DNA of 62,879 nt, counting the filler, from Octopus bimaculoides (Eukaryota): NCBI RefSeq assembly GCF_001194135.2. It is 9 parts of 8 records of this genome, joined end to end, with 100 filler letters (N's around TTAATTAATTAA, not from the genome) between each part and the next. Parts side by side here need not be neighbours in the genome. Positions count along the whole stretch, not along the records: positions 34,314 to 45,865 come from NW_026433205.1; positions 45,966 to 48,650 come from NC_068984.1; positions 48,751 to 62,879 come from NC_069009.1; 6 more parts are not named here. The stretch is one strand, 5' to 3'. Position 1 is the stretch's first letter. Every line of letters starts with the position of its first letter. This document shows, piece after piece, positions 37,770 through 50,664 of this stretch. The notes beneath the pieces are model-generated. The model was not told the DNA's origin, searched no databases, and saw only the letters and a program-made list of their open reading frames with translations. Position numbers and translations under genes: made by a program.

Positions 37770-38930
37770 ATATACCACCAACACCAACTCCAGCACCAGC
37801 ACCTGCAACACCACGCATTATCAGTATTACAAACACCAATACTACCACCACTACACGTAACATTTCCAGTATTAGCAACTACCACCACTACCACTATAAT
37901 TATCACCGCCAGTATCATTACCAACATTGCCACTACCGAAAGCGTCTGCATGTTTCCCTCTAACAAAGCCATCATCACTATAAAGACCTCCACTTCCACT
38001 AACATCTTTACCTATACAGCAATTACCAACCTTAAAACCATTATCAATAACAACAACAACGCGAACAACACCATCATCACTACAACCTCCATTATCACGA
38101 TACCACTATACCACAACTACCACAATACCAACCCTTATACAAATACCACAATTTCAGCACCACCATCACTCCTATTGCCAGTACAACTAACCACCATCAC
38201 TACCATCGCCATCTTCACTACACCACCTCCACCGCATCACCATCAACATTAGTGTGACCCCCATTGCTACTGCCACTGCTTTCACCACTATTAGTACGAC
38301 CACCAAAACCACCAGCGCTGACACACTACCTCCCATACTGCAGCAACACCATCAAAGTACAATCACCAACACAACCGACAACACAAACACTAGCACATGT
38401 AACACAACCACCAATACCACTACCAAACCACCAGCATATATGCTATTACTACAAGTACCACAGCACCACCACCACCANNNNNNNNNNNNNNNNNNNNNNN
38501 NNNNNNNNNNNNNNNNNNNNNNNNNNNNNNNNNNNNNNNNNNNNNNNNNNNNNNNNNNNNNNNNNNNNNNNNNNNNNNNNNNNNNNNNNNNNNNNNNNNN
38601 NNNNNNNNNNNNNNNNNNNNNNNNNNNNNNNNNNNNNNNNNNNNNNNNNNNNNNTACAACCACGACAACCACAACACCATAAACGTATATTCCACTACCA
38701 CCACCACCACCACCACCACCACAACCACCACCACCACCAACACCAACACCAACACCACCACCACCACCACCACCTATAACACCACCATCAACAACAACAA
38801 TGCAATTACCACTACTAATATTACCCCCGACAAAACCATGCCCACGCCAACATCATCATACCATCATCCACACGCCACTACATCTTCCAACTCAAACACC
38901 ACCCCAACCTCCATTACCGAGCAAACACTC
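37770..38930. repeat. Degenerate (ACC/CAC/ACA)n low-complexity tract
   Basis: Directly visible; it yields spurious Thr/His/Pro-rich ORFs. Confidence 0.9.
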
Positions 38931-40997
38931 ACCGATACATATGATAAACGTTTTAGGGTCAATTTCACAAATTAACACCTCCCGGACACGAATAACTGTA
39001 TCATTTATGTTTTTATATGTTTGGTTATCTCCTCTTTATGTCTGTCATATTTTATGTCCTACTTAATTTACATGTTGTGTGTATACATGTTGTTTGATGT
39101 TCTCTGTGTGTGCTGTGTGCAAGTAAAGTGTGTGTGTGTGTGTGTTTTTATCAAAATATGGAAGCATTATATGTACGTATGTATGTGTGTATGTGTGTAT
39201 GTATGTATGTATGTACGTATGTATGTCTGTATGTATGTATGTATGAATGCATGCTTGACATATATATATATGTATATATGTATATATATATATATATANN
39301 NNNNNNNNNNNNNNNNNNNNNNNNNNNNNNNNNNNNNNNNNNNNNNNNNNNNNNNNNNNNNNNNNNNNNNNNNNNNNNNNNNNNNNNNNNNNNNNNNNNN
39401 NNNNNNNNNNNNNNNNNNNNNNNNNNNNNNNNNNNNNNNNNNNNNNNNNNNNNNNNNNNNNNNNNNNNNNNNNNNNNNNNNNNNNNNNNNNNNNNNNNNN
39501 NNNNNNNNNNNNNNNNNNNNNNNNNNNNNNNNNNNNNNNNNNNNNNNNNNNNNNNNNNNNNNNNNNNNNNNNNNNNNNNNNNNNNNNNNNNNNNNNNNNN
39601 NNNNNNNNNNNNNNNNNNNNNNNNNNNNNNNNNNNNNNNNNNNNNNNNNNNNNNNNNNNNNNNNNNNNNNNNNNNNNNNNNNNNNNNNNNNNNNNNNNNN
39701 NNNNNNNNNNNNNNNNNNNNNNNNNNNNNNNNNNNNNNNNNNNNNNNNNNNNNNNNNNNNNNNNNNNNNNNNNNNNNNNNNNNNNNNNNNNNNNNNNNNN
39801 NNNNNNNNNNNNNNNNNNNNNNNNNNNNNNNNNNNNNNNNNNNNNNNNNNNNNNNNNNNNNNNNNNNNNNNNNNNNNNNNNNNNNNNNNNNNNNNNNNNN
39901 NNNNNNNNNNNNNNNNNNNNNNNNNNNNNNNNNNNNNNNNNNNNNNNNNNNNNNNNNNNNNNNNNNNNNNNNNNNNNNNNNNNNNNNNNNNNNNNNNNNN
40001 NNNNNNNNNNNNNNNNNNNNNNNNNNNNNNNNNNNNNNNNNNNNNNNNNNNNNNNNNNNNNNNNNNNNNNNNNNNNNNNNNNNNNNNNNNNNNNNNNNNN
40101 NNNNNNNNNNNNNNNNNNNNNNNNNNNNNNNNNNNNNNNNNNNNNNNNNNNNNNNNNNNNNNNNNNTACTTATTTTATGTGTTGCTTTTTTTTCGTTGGT
40201 TATTGATCCGAACAGAATTATAGTCTTAACGGTTTATACTTGGAATAAGAGAAAGCTAGAAAGAAAATAGTGTATTAGAAAGACAGAAAGACAGGTAGAG
40301 AGGATTAGATAGGGAGAAACAAAAAAAAAAAAAGGCGGGAGAAAAGAGAGGAGAAAAGAGAAGGAAAGAACAGAAATAGACGGAATACACAAAAGAAAAA
40401 ATACAAAACATATGTAGTAATACAAAATATGATTTGTACATAGAAAAAGAATAACAGAGAGAGAGAAAGAGAATAAGGGGGAAAGAAGAGAAACAGATGC
40501 GCGCGAGGGAGAGACAGTGAAAAACAAATAAATTTAGTGTATTTCCGCCATTTTATCCGTCAATGTTTGTTTCTCTTTAAGTTATGTGTTTAACATAATC
40601 AATAATACAAGCTGCTACGTGTACATACAGATGTGTGTGGCGGGGTGGTGGATGGTGCTGAAGGGGGTGGGGTGGGGATTTGTGTATCATAATAGATTCA
40701 GGTGTCATTTTCAGATGCAACGTCCATAAAAATTATTTGGCTCCTATGTATGTATGTATGTATGTATGTATGTATGCATGTATGAATGTATGCATGTATG
40801 TATGCATATACGTATGTATGTATGCATGTATGTATGTATGTATGTATGCATGCATGCATGCATGTATGTATGTATGCATGTGTGTATGTATGTATGTACG
40901 TAAACATATATGTGTATGTGTGTGTATGCATGAATACAAAAATATACTGAAGTAAAAAACAAAATTTCTTGTATCATTATTATTATTGCTATTATTA

Positions 40998-41035
<38 letters not shown>

Positions 41036-41037
41036 GC

Positions 41038-41092
<55 letters not shown>

Positions 41093-41098
41093 GCTGTT

Positions 41099-41137
<39 letters not shown>

Positions 41138-41501
41138 GTTGTTGTTGTTGTTATTATTATCACTGTTATTATATTCTCTTCTGCTTAAAATATTCAGTGT
41201 CAGAATCGTTTTGATAAATGCTCGTGAGATTACTGGATTTTTGGCAGGATTTTTAAAGATTACTGAAGTAAATAGAAGATTATGGATATCTGAGAGTTTG
41301 TAGGGTGGGTTAAAACAATGCATATAATGAACAAACAAAAATAATAAAAGGTGAATACATTGTGAGTAGAGCATAAATGTGTAGGTAAATGAATAATTGT
41401 AGTCTGCACAGCATAGGAAAAGAAAAAAGGAATCAAAATAACATGATGATGATGATGAGTGCAATATCATTAATGAAAATAATAATAATAATAATATTCA
41501 C

Positions 41502-41554
<53 letters not shown>

Positions 41555-41679
41555 TAATAATGATAATAATATATTTTGAATGCGAAGGGGAAAATGTTTT
41601 ATTGACCATTATTGATACACATATTACAGCACATGCCAATATCTATATTTACATTCGATATGAATAATGCCTTTTGAGC

Positions 41680-41723
<44 letters not shown>

Positions 41724-41751
41724 AAAGATAGATAGACACATGGATATGTAA

Positions 41752-41784
<33 letters not shown>

Positions 41785-41785
41785 C

Positions 41786-41854
<69 letters not shown>

Positions 41855-42144
41855 TGTGTATGTATACGAGTGCATCCTAGATATCCATTCTAGGCGCCCA
41901 GTTCCAAGAGTTCCAGGATTTTAAGGAGTTTGGAACAACCATAAATGCGGCTGTTGTGGCAGAGACTACCATTTGCTCATCGAACTGTCCAACCATATGG
42001 CTGGACAACACTCTTCAAGCTGGGCCGCAACTAGGAACTTTATCACAGACGGTGGCCATATAACTGCATGGGGGTTAGAGCGAGATAGGATAATGAGAGA
42101 AAAAGGGCATATTAGAAGATCTAAATTTAAATGAAATAAAATTA

Positions 42145-42302
42145 TTACGTGGGTGTGTGGTAAGAAGCTTGCTCCTCAACCACGTGTTTCCGGGTTCGAT
42201 CCCACTGAGTGGTACCTTGGGCAAGTGTCTTCTACTATAGCCTCGGGCCGATAAATCCCTGTGAGTGGATTTGGTAGACACAGAAACTGAAAGAAGCCCT
42301 TC

Positions 42303-42356
<54 letters not shown>

Positions 42357-43200
42357 NNNNNNNNNNNNNNNNNNNNNNNNNNNNNNNNNNNNNNNNNNNN
42401 NNNNNNNNNNNNNNNNNNNNNNNNNNNNNNNNNNNNNNNNNNNNNNNNNNNNNNNNNNNNNNNNNNNNNNNNNNNNNNNNNNNNNNNNNNNNNNNNNNNN
42501 NNNNNNNNNNNNNNNNNNNNNNNNNNNNNNNNNNNNNNNNNNNNNNNNNNNNNNNNNNNNNNNNNNNNNNNNNNNNNNNNNNNNNNNNNNNNNNNNNNNN
42601 NNNNNNNNNNNNNNNNNNNNNNNNNNNNNNNNNNNNNNNNNNNNNNNNNNNNNNNNNNNNNNNNNNNNNNNNNNNNNNNNNNNNNNNNNNNNNNNNNNNN
42701 NNNNNNNNNNNNNNNNNNNNNNNNNNNNNNNNNNNNNNNNNNNNNNNNNNNNNNNNNNNNNNNNNNNNNNNNNNNNNNNNNNNNNNNNNNNNNNNNNNNN
42801 NATAAAAAGGTGAAATTGACATGGGTGGAAGTTGAACTCAGAACGTAAAGTGCCGAACGAAATGCAGCGATCTTGCCCGCTCGCTACCTTTAAATGCAAA
42901 CGCACAATTCTTTCTTTTATAGACATGCGGTCTGGATTTTAGGGGAAGGAGATAATGGGCTACAATGACTCCGGTGCTGAAAAAGAACTTATTTTAGCGA
43001 CCCCTAAAGGATGAAAAAGCGAAGTCGACCTCGGCGGAATTCGAACTCAGGACGTCAAAAGCTGGACGAAATACCTCTGTAGCATTTTGTTCGCCTTTAC
43101 TCTTTTACTTGTTTCAGTCATTTGACTGCGGCCATGCTGGATCACTGCCTTTAGTCGAACAAATCGACCGCAGGACTTATTCTTTGTAAGTCTAGTATAA
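42145..43200. mobile_element. SINE cluster: family B (42145-42310 plus), family A (42805-42900 and 42940-43090 minus), family B 3' end (43095-43200 minus)
   Basis: Same motifs as the other A and B copies. Confidence 0.8.
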
Positions 43201-43447
43201 ATACAGATAAATAAATAAAAGTTTGAAAGAAAAAAACAATCGGGTAAAGTTAAAAGTAGAAGAGAGAAGATTAAATTTTTTATAAGATTTAATTAAATTT
43301 TATTTAATTAATTCAATTAATATCAATCTATGTGTACGCCTGTGTGTGTATAAATTCATGCTATCTATTTCATATTTTCCAGTAAACTATGTTTTGCGCT
43401 GTGTTCACCAATGTAACTCGATGCGATCAGTGAGAAGTTAGTGTGTT

Positions 43448-43513
43448 CTGATTGGCTGACTTCCGTGTATTAGGGGCGGTCTCAATGGCTTCTAGATGAG
43501 CTTCTGCGCATGC
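43448..43513. promoter_or_regulatory. Candidate housekeeping-type promoter: NF-Y, ETS, Sp/KLF and NRF1 motifs within 66 bp
   Basis: ctgattggctg 43448-43458; acttccg 43459-43465; ggggcgg 43473-43479; tgcgcatgc 43505-43513; set in non-repetitive, locally GC/CpG-richer sequence. Confidence 0.55.
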
Positions 43514-43934
43514 TCTACATTTTGATTGCAGTCGATCCGACTGTTGATCGTGAGATTACATTTATGGTCGTCACAACCACCGCCACCAATCAACATCTCC
43601 ACCGCTACCATCACCATTACTACAGTTGCTACCACTACTACTGCTGCGGCTGATACTACTACTACTACCACCCGCAGATCACTCCAGGTCAGAGAAATTC
43701 CAGATGTGCCCATCTCGTCTTATTTTTTTGTTTTTGGAAGATATGATTTGAAGTATATTTAGCCTGCTACATCGAACGTCCACGTCGGGACATTGAGATT
43801 CTCCAGTAATAAATTAAAAAGTAACTAAAACTGTTTAGTTTGAAAGTATAATTAGGATATTGATTAAGTAGTCTAATCATTGTTAGTCAATCATTTTAAT
43901 ATGTACGTTTGCTAATCAGTTCTATCAGTAAGTT

Positions 43935-44215
43935 TTTAGCACGCGGGACCAAATGCTTAGCGGCATTTCGCCCGTCTAAACGTTCTGAGTTCAAATTCCA
44001 CCGTGGTCGAGTTCGACCGTCTTTTCGGGGTCGATAAAATAAGTACCAGTTGTTTAAGGTAGCGAGCTGACTGGACCGTTAGCACGCCAGGCAAAATACT
44101 TTGTAGCATTTCGTTTGTCATCATTACGTTCTCGGATCGAATTCCACCGAGGATAACTTTGCCTTTCATCCTTTCGGGGTCGATAAAATAAGTACCAGTT
44201 GAGGACCATGTAATC
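43935..44215 (+). mobile_element. Two tandem SINE family A copies
   Basis: aaatgcttagcggcatttcg...gagttcaaattccaccgtggtcg...ggggtcgataaaataagtaccagtt occurs twice. Confidence 0.85.
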
Positions 44216-44734
44216 ACCTTACTCCTGTCCCCGAAACTGTAATCAAAATTTGAAGCCAATCTTAATCAATTTATTTGTTAACCAGCTTAATTAGTTGATA
44301 TGTATAATCAGCACGTTAATATATGAATATAATTAATAAATTATATTATTCAGTACAAGCGCTTTTTAGTAATATAATTAATATGTTAGTCTGTATAATT
44401 ACAATGTTAATTAATATAATTAATACGTTTGTTAGTTACATTTATATACTGGTTAATCAGTGCAAATATTGTTACTACAATTAGGAGGTTAATTAATCAG
44501 CTATTCATTATATTCGCCTAGAACTATGATTAATAACTAAGTTAATTGTTGTTAATTAATTCGTTAAGCTAGTTTGTCATTATTCAGCATTATTAAAATA
44601 TTAGATAATCAAAATAATCATTACGCCAGATAATTAACTGAATTTGTTTATTAGTTAGTATGTACGTTCATTATATTTAGTGCATTACTTACTTAATCAA
44701 TATAATTAATATCAGTTAATCAATAGAATCAATT

Positions 44735-44880
44735 GATGCCGGCAATGGTTGTGTGGATAAGAAGCTTTGGGTTCAGTCCTACTGTGTGGCACCTTGGGAA
44801 ACTATCTTCTACTCGGGCTGACCAAAGCCTTGTCAGTGGATTTGGTAGACGACAACTGGAAACTGAAAGAAGCCCGTTGC
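44735..44880 (+). mobile_element. SINE family B, 5' half followed by (TA)n
   Basis: ggttcagtcctactgtgtggcaccttggg...gccttgtcagtggatttggtagacg...ctgaaagaagcccg. Confidence 0.8.
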
Positions 44881-44885
44881 ATATG

Positions 44886-44930
<45 letters not shown>

Positions 44931-46349
44931 CATGTGTATGTGTGTGTTTCAGATGCGTTTGCTCATCCCTACTCCCACATAGACACGCTGTTGGTTTGTT
45001 TACCTCCATACATGTGCGTGTTTTTGTGTGTGTGTTACGGGCTTCAACACAGTTTCCATCAACAAAATTCGTACACAAGGCATTGGCCAGCCCACGAAAA
45101 TTTTTCTGCTTGAGAGTTCTGGATCCCAGTAGTGAATTCATTTGCATACAGCCAATCAGAGATCACCTTGACCTTGTTGCCAAGTTAAGAAGCACACTCT
45201 GCCAAGTATACTCAAGACGAAGAACGAGTGTTGTAAATCGACCGATCGCCAAGTTATGGCTGATTTTAGAAGGAGACAAATAATTAGATACCTATTATCG
45301 GATTTTGCTAGAGCCTCATATTGTAGAGATGTGGATGAGAAAAATGTGGGTAGAGGGTAAAAGTAAAAGAGTAAAAGAGTATATGCTCACTCACATAAAC
45401 GGAGAGAGAGAGAGCGAAGTAACGAGGGAAACATCAAGAAGTCTTATGTCAAAAAAGTCAGCGTCCAATCAACGACGTCTATGAAAACAATATACATATA
45501 TTTGACGGGATTCGAACTCGAAATGTGAAGAGTGGAAATTATGGACCGCCAGTCAGTATGTCCCGTCAGGGGCTATATTGAATTCTGTCTTTGACCATGG
45601 ATACGCGGTTATAAATTAATTGAACTCTATTGGGACCTGAACACAGAATCTATTACAACAACGTTAGTATCTAAATACGGTAAAATACTTACGTTGGCAC
45701 TGTATCGTCTTTGGCACTTAAAATCAAATCATAGAGCTTACATGTTCATTCGTTCACATACACACACAAATACACACACGCGCACATATATATGCATAAC
45801 ATATACATATATATGTGTGTATATATGTATATATATATATGTTTATATGTATATATATCTATGTANNNNNNNNNNNNNNNNNNNNNNNNNNNNNNNNNNN
45901 NNNNNNNNNTTAATTAATTAANNNNNNNNNNNNNNNNNNNNNNNNNNNNNNNNNNNNNNNNNNNNATATCTATGTATCACATATATTCACGTATGTATGA
46001 ATGTGCGTATATATACTGAATTAATTCATAGTGAATTCTATACAGTGATTTTGAATAATTTGAAATGTAATGGATATCTTTCATAGCATCAAATTTTTGT
46101 TTCGATCACAATCTGTAGGCAAAATTTGTAGGCAAAAATGACATTGGAATCAATTTAATCATCTTCCTGCCTAGATGGATTTTCGATGGGCAGAAAAATA
46201 CTCATCTTTTGCTCACGGCAGATAAGGTGATTATAGACGTGGCCTCAGTTTAATTAATCAGTCTGATTTGCATAAGAATGACATCATACAAATGAATTCA
46301 TTCATTCAAAGTGAACTAAAGAGCGTTTTGGGATAATATTTAAGGTAAT

Positions 46350-46505
46350 TTTTCTTTTATTCTTTTACTTGTTTCAGTCATTTGACCACAGCCTTAAACA
46401 CCGCCTTAAGGGTGTTAGTCGAAGAAATCGACCCCACGATTTATTCTTTGTAAGCCTAATATTTATTCTATCGTTCTCCTTTGCCGAACTGCTAAGTAAT
46501 AGAGA
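46350..46505 (-). mobile_element. SINE family B, 3' half
   Basis: cttttacttgtttcagtcatttgac...ttagtcgaagaaatcgacccc...gccgaactgctaag. Confidence 0.8.
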
Positions 46506-46519
46506 CTTGTCAATTACAG

Positions 46520-47300
46520 CACAAAGATGAGGAATAACACCAATACCAGGAGCAAGAGAGAGCTCTTAATGTAAAGGATCTGTGACTCACATGACGAAAA
46601 CTGCCGCGTGAAAGCAGTAGGGCTTGTCCACCAGGCTCAATGGTTGCAGTATGACCAAACACTTGAGTGCCCACTGACCTGGAAGGAACTCTGAAGCACT
46701 GACCAGGGAAGATTGTTCTTCCACCTTTATGCTGTCTCTGACCTCTTGCCAACCCCAAATAGTCTTAAAATATGGGGTAAAGAAAGACCTTTCCTGCAAG
46801 CAGTGCGGAGCAACTCTTTGCACCATTTACTATATTTTAATCGGCTGCTTTAGGGCCATAACCACCGAAAAGTATAAAATTCCAAAAAGAAGGTAACAAA
46901 GCACCCAAGGCGAAAGCAATGGTAGGGGACACGTTTTCTATATTGCATTTTGTGTTCAGCCTCAGACCTGAGTGGCAGACGTGTCTTTGCAAAGGAGAAC
47001 GTGGTAACATCTCTCCGACTAGTCATGTTCCTGCCCCTCTAAGAATAAAAAGCATTTATGGTCGAAATCATAGTGCTCTGGGAGAACACACTCGATATTT
47101 CCCACCAAGAAAATAAATCGATATATCAAGACTTAGACGAAGAGAGGCCCTTGTCAAGGGATGGTATGTGGTCACATGCCCCACTAAAGTCGGCTGCCGC
47201 AAATTTCCATCAAGGTAAGTGTGTTATTTCTGAAGATAAGTCTGGAACCCAGAGAACTGGAGAAAGCTATCAAGAAAATAGGCACGGCAGCTGAAACTAA
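46520..47300 (+). mobile_element. HERO/NeSL-like RLE non-LTR retrotransposon C-terminal remnant
   Basis: RVKAVGLVHQAQW...LYAVSDLLPTPNSLKIWG...CKQCG...YYILIGC (CCHC-like); EIIVLWENT...KSIYQDL...GWYVVTCPTKVGCRKF (RLE). Confidence 0.75.
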
Positions 47301-48581
47301 CTCAAGATGGCTATGTTGATAAGAGACCACAAGTAGGACCTTTCCGTAGGTAAAGACTTGTTCAGTCCTTACTGCGCCACTCAGACGAAGCTTTTAACTT
47401 TGATAATACCCACGGATGATACGGAAGGGTTTCCAGCATTGCAATAGATTACAGAATCGTGCAAAACCTCTGAGTAGCTTCTGCAGTTTCTATGTGGAGC
47501 AAAGCAACTCTGATGTTTATTTCACCTCATGCACCTATTCACTGAAAGAGTAGTAGCTTATAAGTATGTATAGCGTGTACAATCTAGGCATCATTCAAAC
47601 TAACCAAGAGCATCTACTGACCACAAAGATTAATTGCTTAATTCGCATGGCATCTTTGGATAACTTCAAACATTATTTCATTTATTTTCTTTTGCTTTAA
47701 AAAATGTTTTAACCTCACTGTGAAAAATAATTAAAATATAACCATATCAAGTGAACTAGTTTATCACAGAAAATGTCCATATTCTCTCTAGGGAAAGATT
47801 TACAGTATATATCAATTTATAGAGTATAATAGTCTTGAGATTCAACTGAAATGGCCGGTCTGAAACTGAGATCGATAAAGAAATCGATTCCACTTTTTCT
47901 ATCCCTAGAAAAATGAAACCTACGATGTAACCACTTCGTTTTCATTTTACAGCAAGGCAAAACTGTATTTGTAGAGGGTGTACTTTACATTCCGAAGTTC
48001 CCTAAATTACTTTTTTAACCTCTTCCATGAGCATCACACAAAAGTTAGGTAGGAATGTGCTATTGTATGAATATATCGAGATATACCTCAGACAGCAGTG
48101 TTCCAGGATAGCCACAATACACTATCAAAAATATATGTCATTGATTAGATAAGTCGGGAATAACAAAATCATTTAAACATTATTACTACTTGGAATAAAG
48201 GAATCTAAGTAGCATTCAAAATATGTTGAGAAGAAATATTTCGGCCACCAGAGAGAGAAATGTATTTATTTCCATAATAAGCATCTCATCCAAATATCTA
48301 AATGTGTTTCTCTCAGTATTCAAAGTTGTTTTTTCCGCATTATTGAATTCCATTCTAATTCTAGTAATCAATACCGTTAATTCTAAATGTATAAGTATAT
48401 AATAAAATTCATTAAGGAGTTTATGTTGAGTGAGTAATATAATACGGTAACTTGAAATGCATCATATTCGCTCAGTCATAAAACGGTATTGTAATACCTA
48501 ACGCTTGAAATGAGTTTGAGCGGATGAGGGAGCGTCTATCTGGTTATTTGATTGCAAAACATAATAACAACCAGCACATAT

Positions 48582-48650
<69 letters not shown>

Positions 48651-48758
48651 NNNNNNNNNNNNNNNNNNNNNNNNNNNNNNNNNNNNNNNNNNNNTTAATT
48701 AATTAANNNNNNNNNNNNNNNNNNNNNNNNNNNNNNNNNNNNNNNNNNNNATAACCCA

Positions 48759-49160
48759 CTAGCAGTATAGCCTGGCTTTGCCCGGGATTAAGTTAGGATT
48801 ATTAAGCTAATCAAGTTCTTTATTTCAAACCAAACTAAGTAACATTGACGTCAAATTTAAACGAAATCTGTTGAAATTGGTAAACTTTTGGCTGAAAATG
48901 AGTTGCAGACAACTTGATTGGGAAATTCTATCAGGAATCGGTTTATTGATTTTTTTTGTTTTGTTTTTGTTTTTGGAGAACTTAAAGCATTCAAAGATCC
49001 CGTGAGTCCTAAGTAATGCTGGCATCAAGTTTGAACAAAATACATCAAATTTGGTAAAAGTTATGGTTGAAAATGGGGTGTAGCCAATTTTATTGGGAAA
49101 TCCTATAAGGAATCAGTTTATAGATTTTTTTGGCACTACCACGGAATTAGCTGTCAGAAG
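48759..49160 (-). mobile_element. Helitron/Helentron-like non-autonomous element end with internal ~175-bp tandem repeat
   Basis: Minus strand has hairpin cccgggcaaagccagg, then tatactgCTAG-T. 48853-48960 is repeated at 49027-49135. Confidence 0.5.
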
Positions 49161-49165
49161 GAAAG

Positions 49166-49592
49166 TGTAGTGACGCATGGTTCTAGACGCCATATTGGAA
49201 CATTCATTTACGCATACGCAAGGATTAGAACCTTCTGAAGCTCCTTATGCACAATCAGCAGCAGCAGCTAGGGTTCACCATCATTCACTCTCTTCGATCA
49301 CGGCTTCTGACCGGGCAGGACGCAACTTAGAGCAGCTCCGTCGAGAATCAGACCTTTAATGGTGAGCAACACTGAGTCTGTAATAATGCCTTATTACTTT
49401 GTGTCTAACTACCAACCCTGCTGTTTCTTCACCTAGGTGATCACGGCTACCGCTAACCAGAGATGGAATGTTTATTCATTACAAAATAAATTATTGTTAT
49501 TTATTCAGAGGGATCTTGTCCTCGCCTTTTCCTTCTATGAACTATGTATGGAATTGTGAAACACCCAGCAAGTGCTTATAAATTTTCCTACA
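49166..49592 (+). mobile_element. LTR family A (427 bp), 5' LTR
   Basis: TGTAG...CTACA termini, AATAAA inside, followed after 2 nt by a tRNA-Trp PBS. Confidence 0.8.
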
Positions 49593-49594
49593 AT

Positions 49595-49627
49595 TGGTGA
49601 CCCCGACGTGATTCGAACACGCAGCCT
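49595..49627 (+). other. tRNA-Trp primer-binding site, extended to 33 nt
   Basis: tggtgaccccgacgtgattcgaacacgcagcct is the reverse complement of the metazoan tRNA-Trp 3' end including CCA (tRNA sequence recalled from memory). Confidence 0.85.
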
Positions 49628-49764
49628 GACGTTCGCACAGACATTTACAAGATTGGTGACCCAGTGCCAGCTTCATGACTAACCACTCTTTCACCTCTTC
49701 GCTACAGATATGTCATTCTTTTATCGTCTATTTTGTCTTTCACAAAATGACTGGTGGGGGACTA

Positions 49765-50664
49765 TCTAGCGAACGACTTAAGGGAAATCTCTCTCTCTGT
49801 TATATATACATGAATATGGACATAGTAGATAACAGCTAGCCTTCGGACCCTGTTATGTCCACTACTCTGATTGGTTGGTATTGGCGTAATTTGTCTCTTT
49901 CTCTATTGCGCACCAAGATGCAGCCTTGAGATAAAGTCATGAGACAGTCTCTTCTGAAGCCCAGTTTGCGCTGACCGCTTCGTATAAAACGCTAGCTTCA
50001 TACCGTCCCGAGGTCTTTCGGCTCCCGACTTTCTGAGGTCTAGCCAGACCACAGAGCACACAGCCAGTTCCAGTGATGACAAAACAGCAGCAGACGGCAG
50101 ACTCCATCATCGTCGCTACCATCAACTTCTCTACGTACACACCAACCAGCTATGCTCGCACAAGTTCTATCTCCACACTGTTTGTGAATTACTTCACCAT
50201 AGTTAACAGCAAATACAACCTGCAAGAACTCCTGTAACAAGTAACTGGTAGCAGCATTGTAGCTACAACTTCTTTCATGACATGTTCCTCTCCTCGGCTC
50301 TGCATTGCTACAGTAGTTCAAGTACTGTGTACCTTGACTACAAACTGGTATTTATCATCCTTGTGTCTGAACATTCTTCTAACGTCATATAGACTCTTTC
50401 AATGCTCTGTACTTATTGCACACGCATACAACCATGTTTATACACACATTTTGTATACATGATGGCCTGTCTATTATTATGCTTATGACACACGTTAACC
50501 TATAAATAAAATCTTCTCTTAAGCTTTCTACCCCAGTTGTGTCCCTCCTCCTTTCCTTATGGCACTTATACTCATTTATCCTTTTTCATATTTTATTTGT
50601 ATCGACCGTGCGATGTACTAAAGGAGCCATTCTCATCACCTCTCCTTTGTATGGCTGTTTTACA
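49765..50664 (+). mobile_element. LTR family B (about 900 bp), preceded by a PPT and followed by a tRNA-Trp PBS
   Basis: PPT ggtggggga at 49753-49761; start T(c)TAGC; end TTTACA; PBS tggtgaccc at 50668. Shares ctagccttcgg, ctgattggtt, gataaagtca and tcgaccgtgcga with 58382-59507. Confidence 0.7.

Noticed and set aside
37650-38950. Mucin-like Thr/His/Pro-rich ORFs
   Set aside because: Degenerate trinucleotide repeat; frames switch and stop frequently, and there are no splice signals.
40541-40556. YY1-like AAAATGGCGG motif
   Set aside because: Isolated motif next to GA-rich low complexity; the ATG frame stops after 5 codons.
49595-49627. tRNA-Trp gene
   Set aside because: Only the 3' 33 nt are present, include CCA, and sit 2 nt after an LTR end: a PBS, not a gene.
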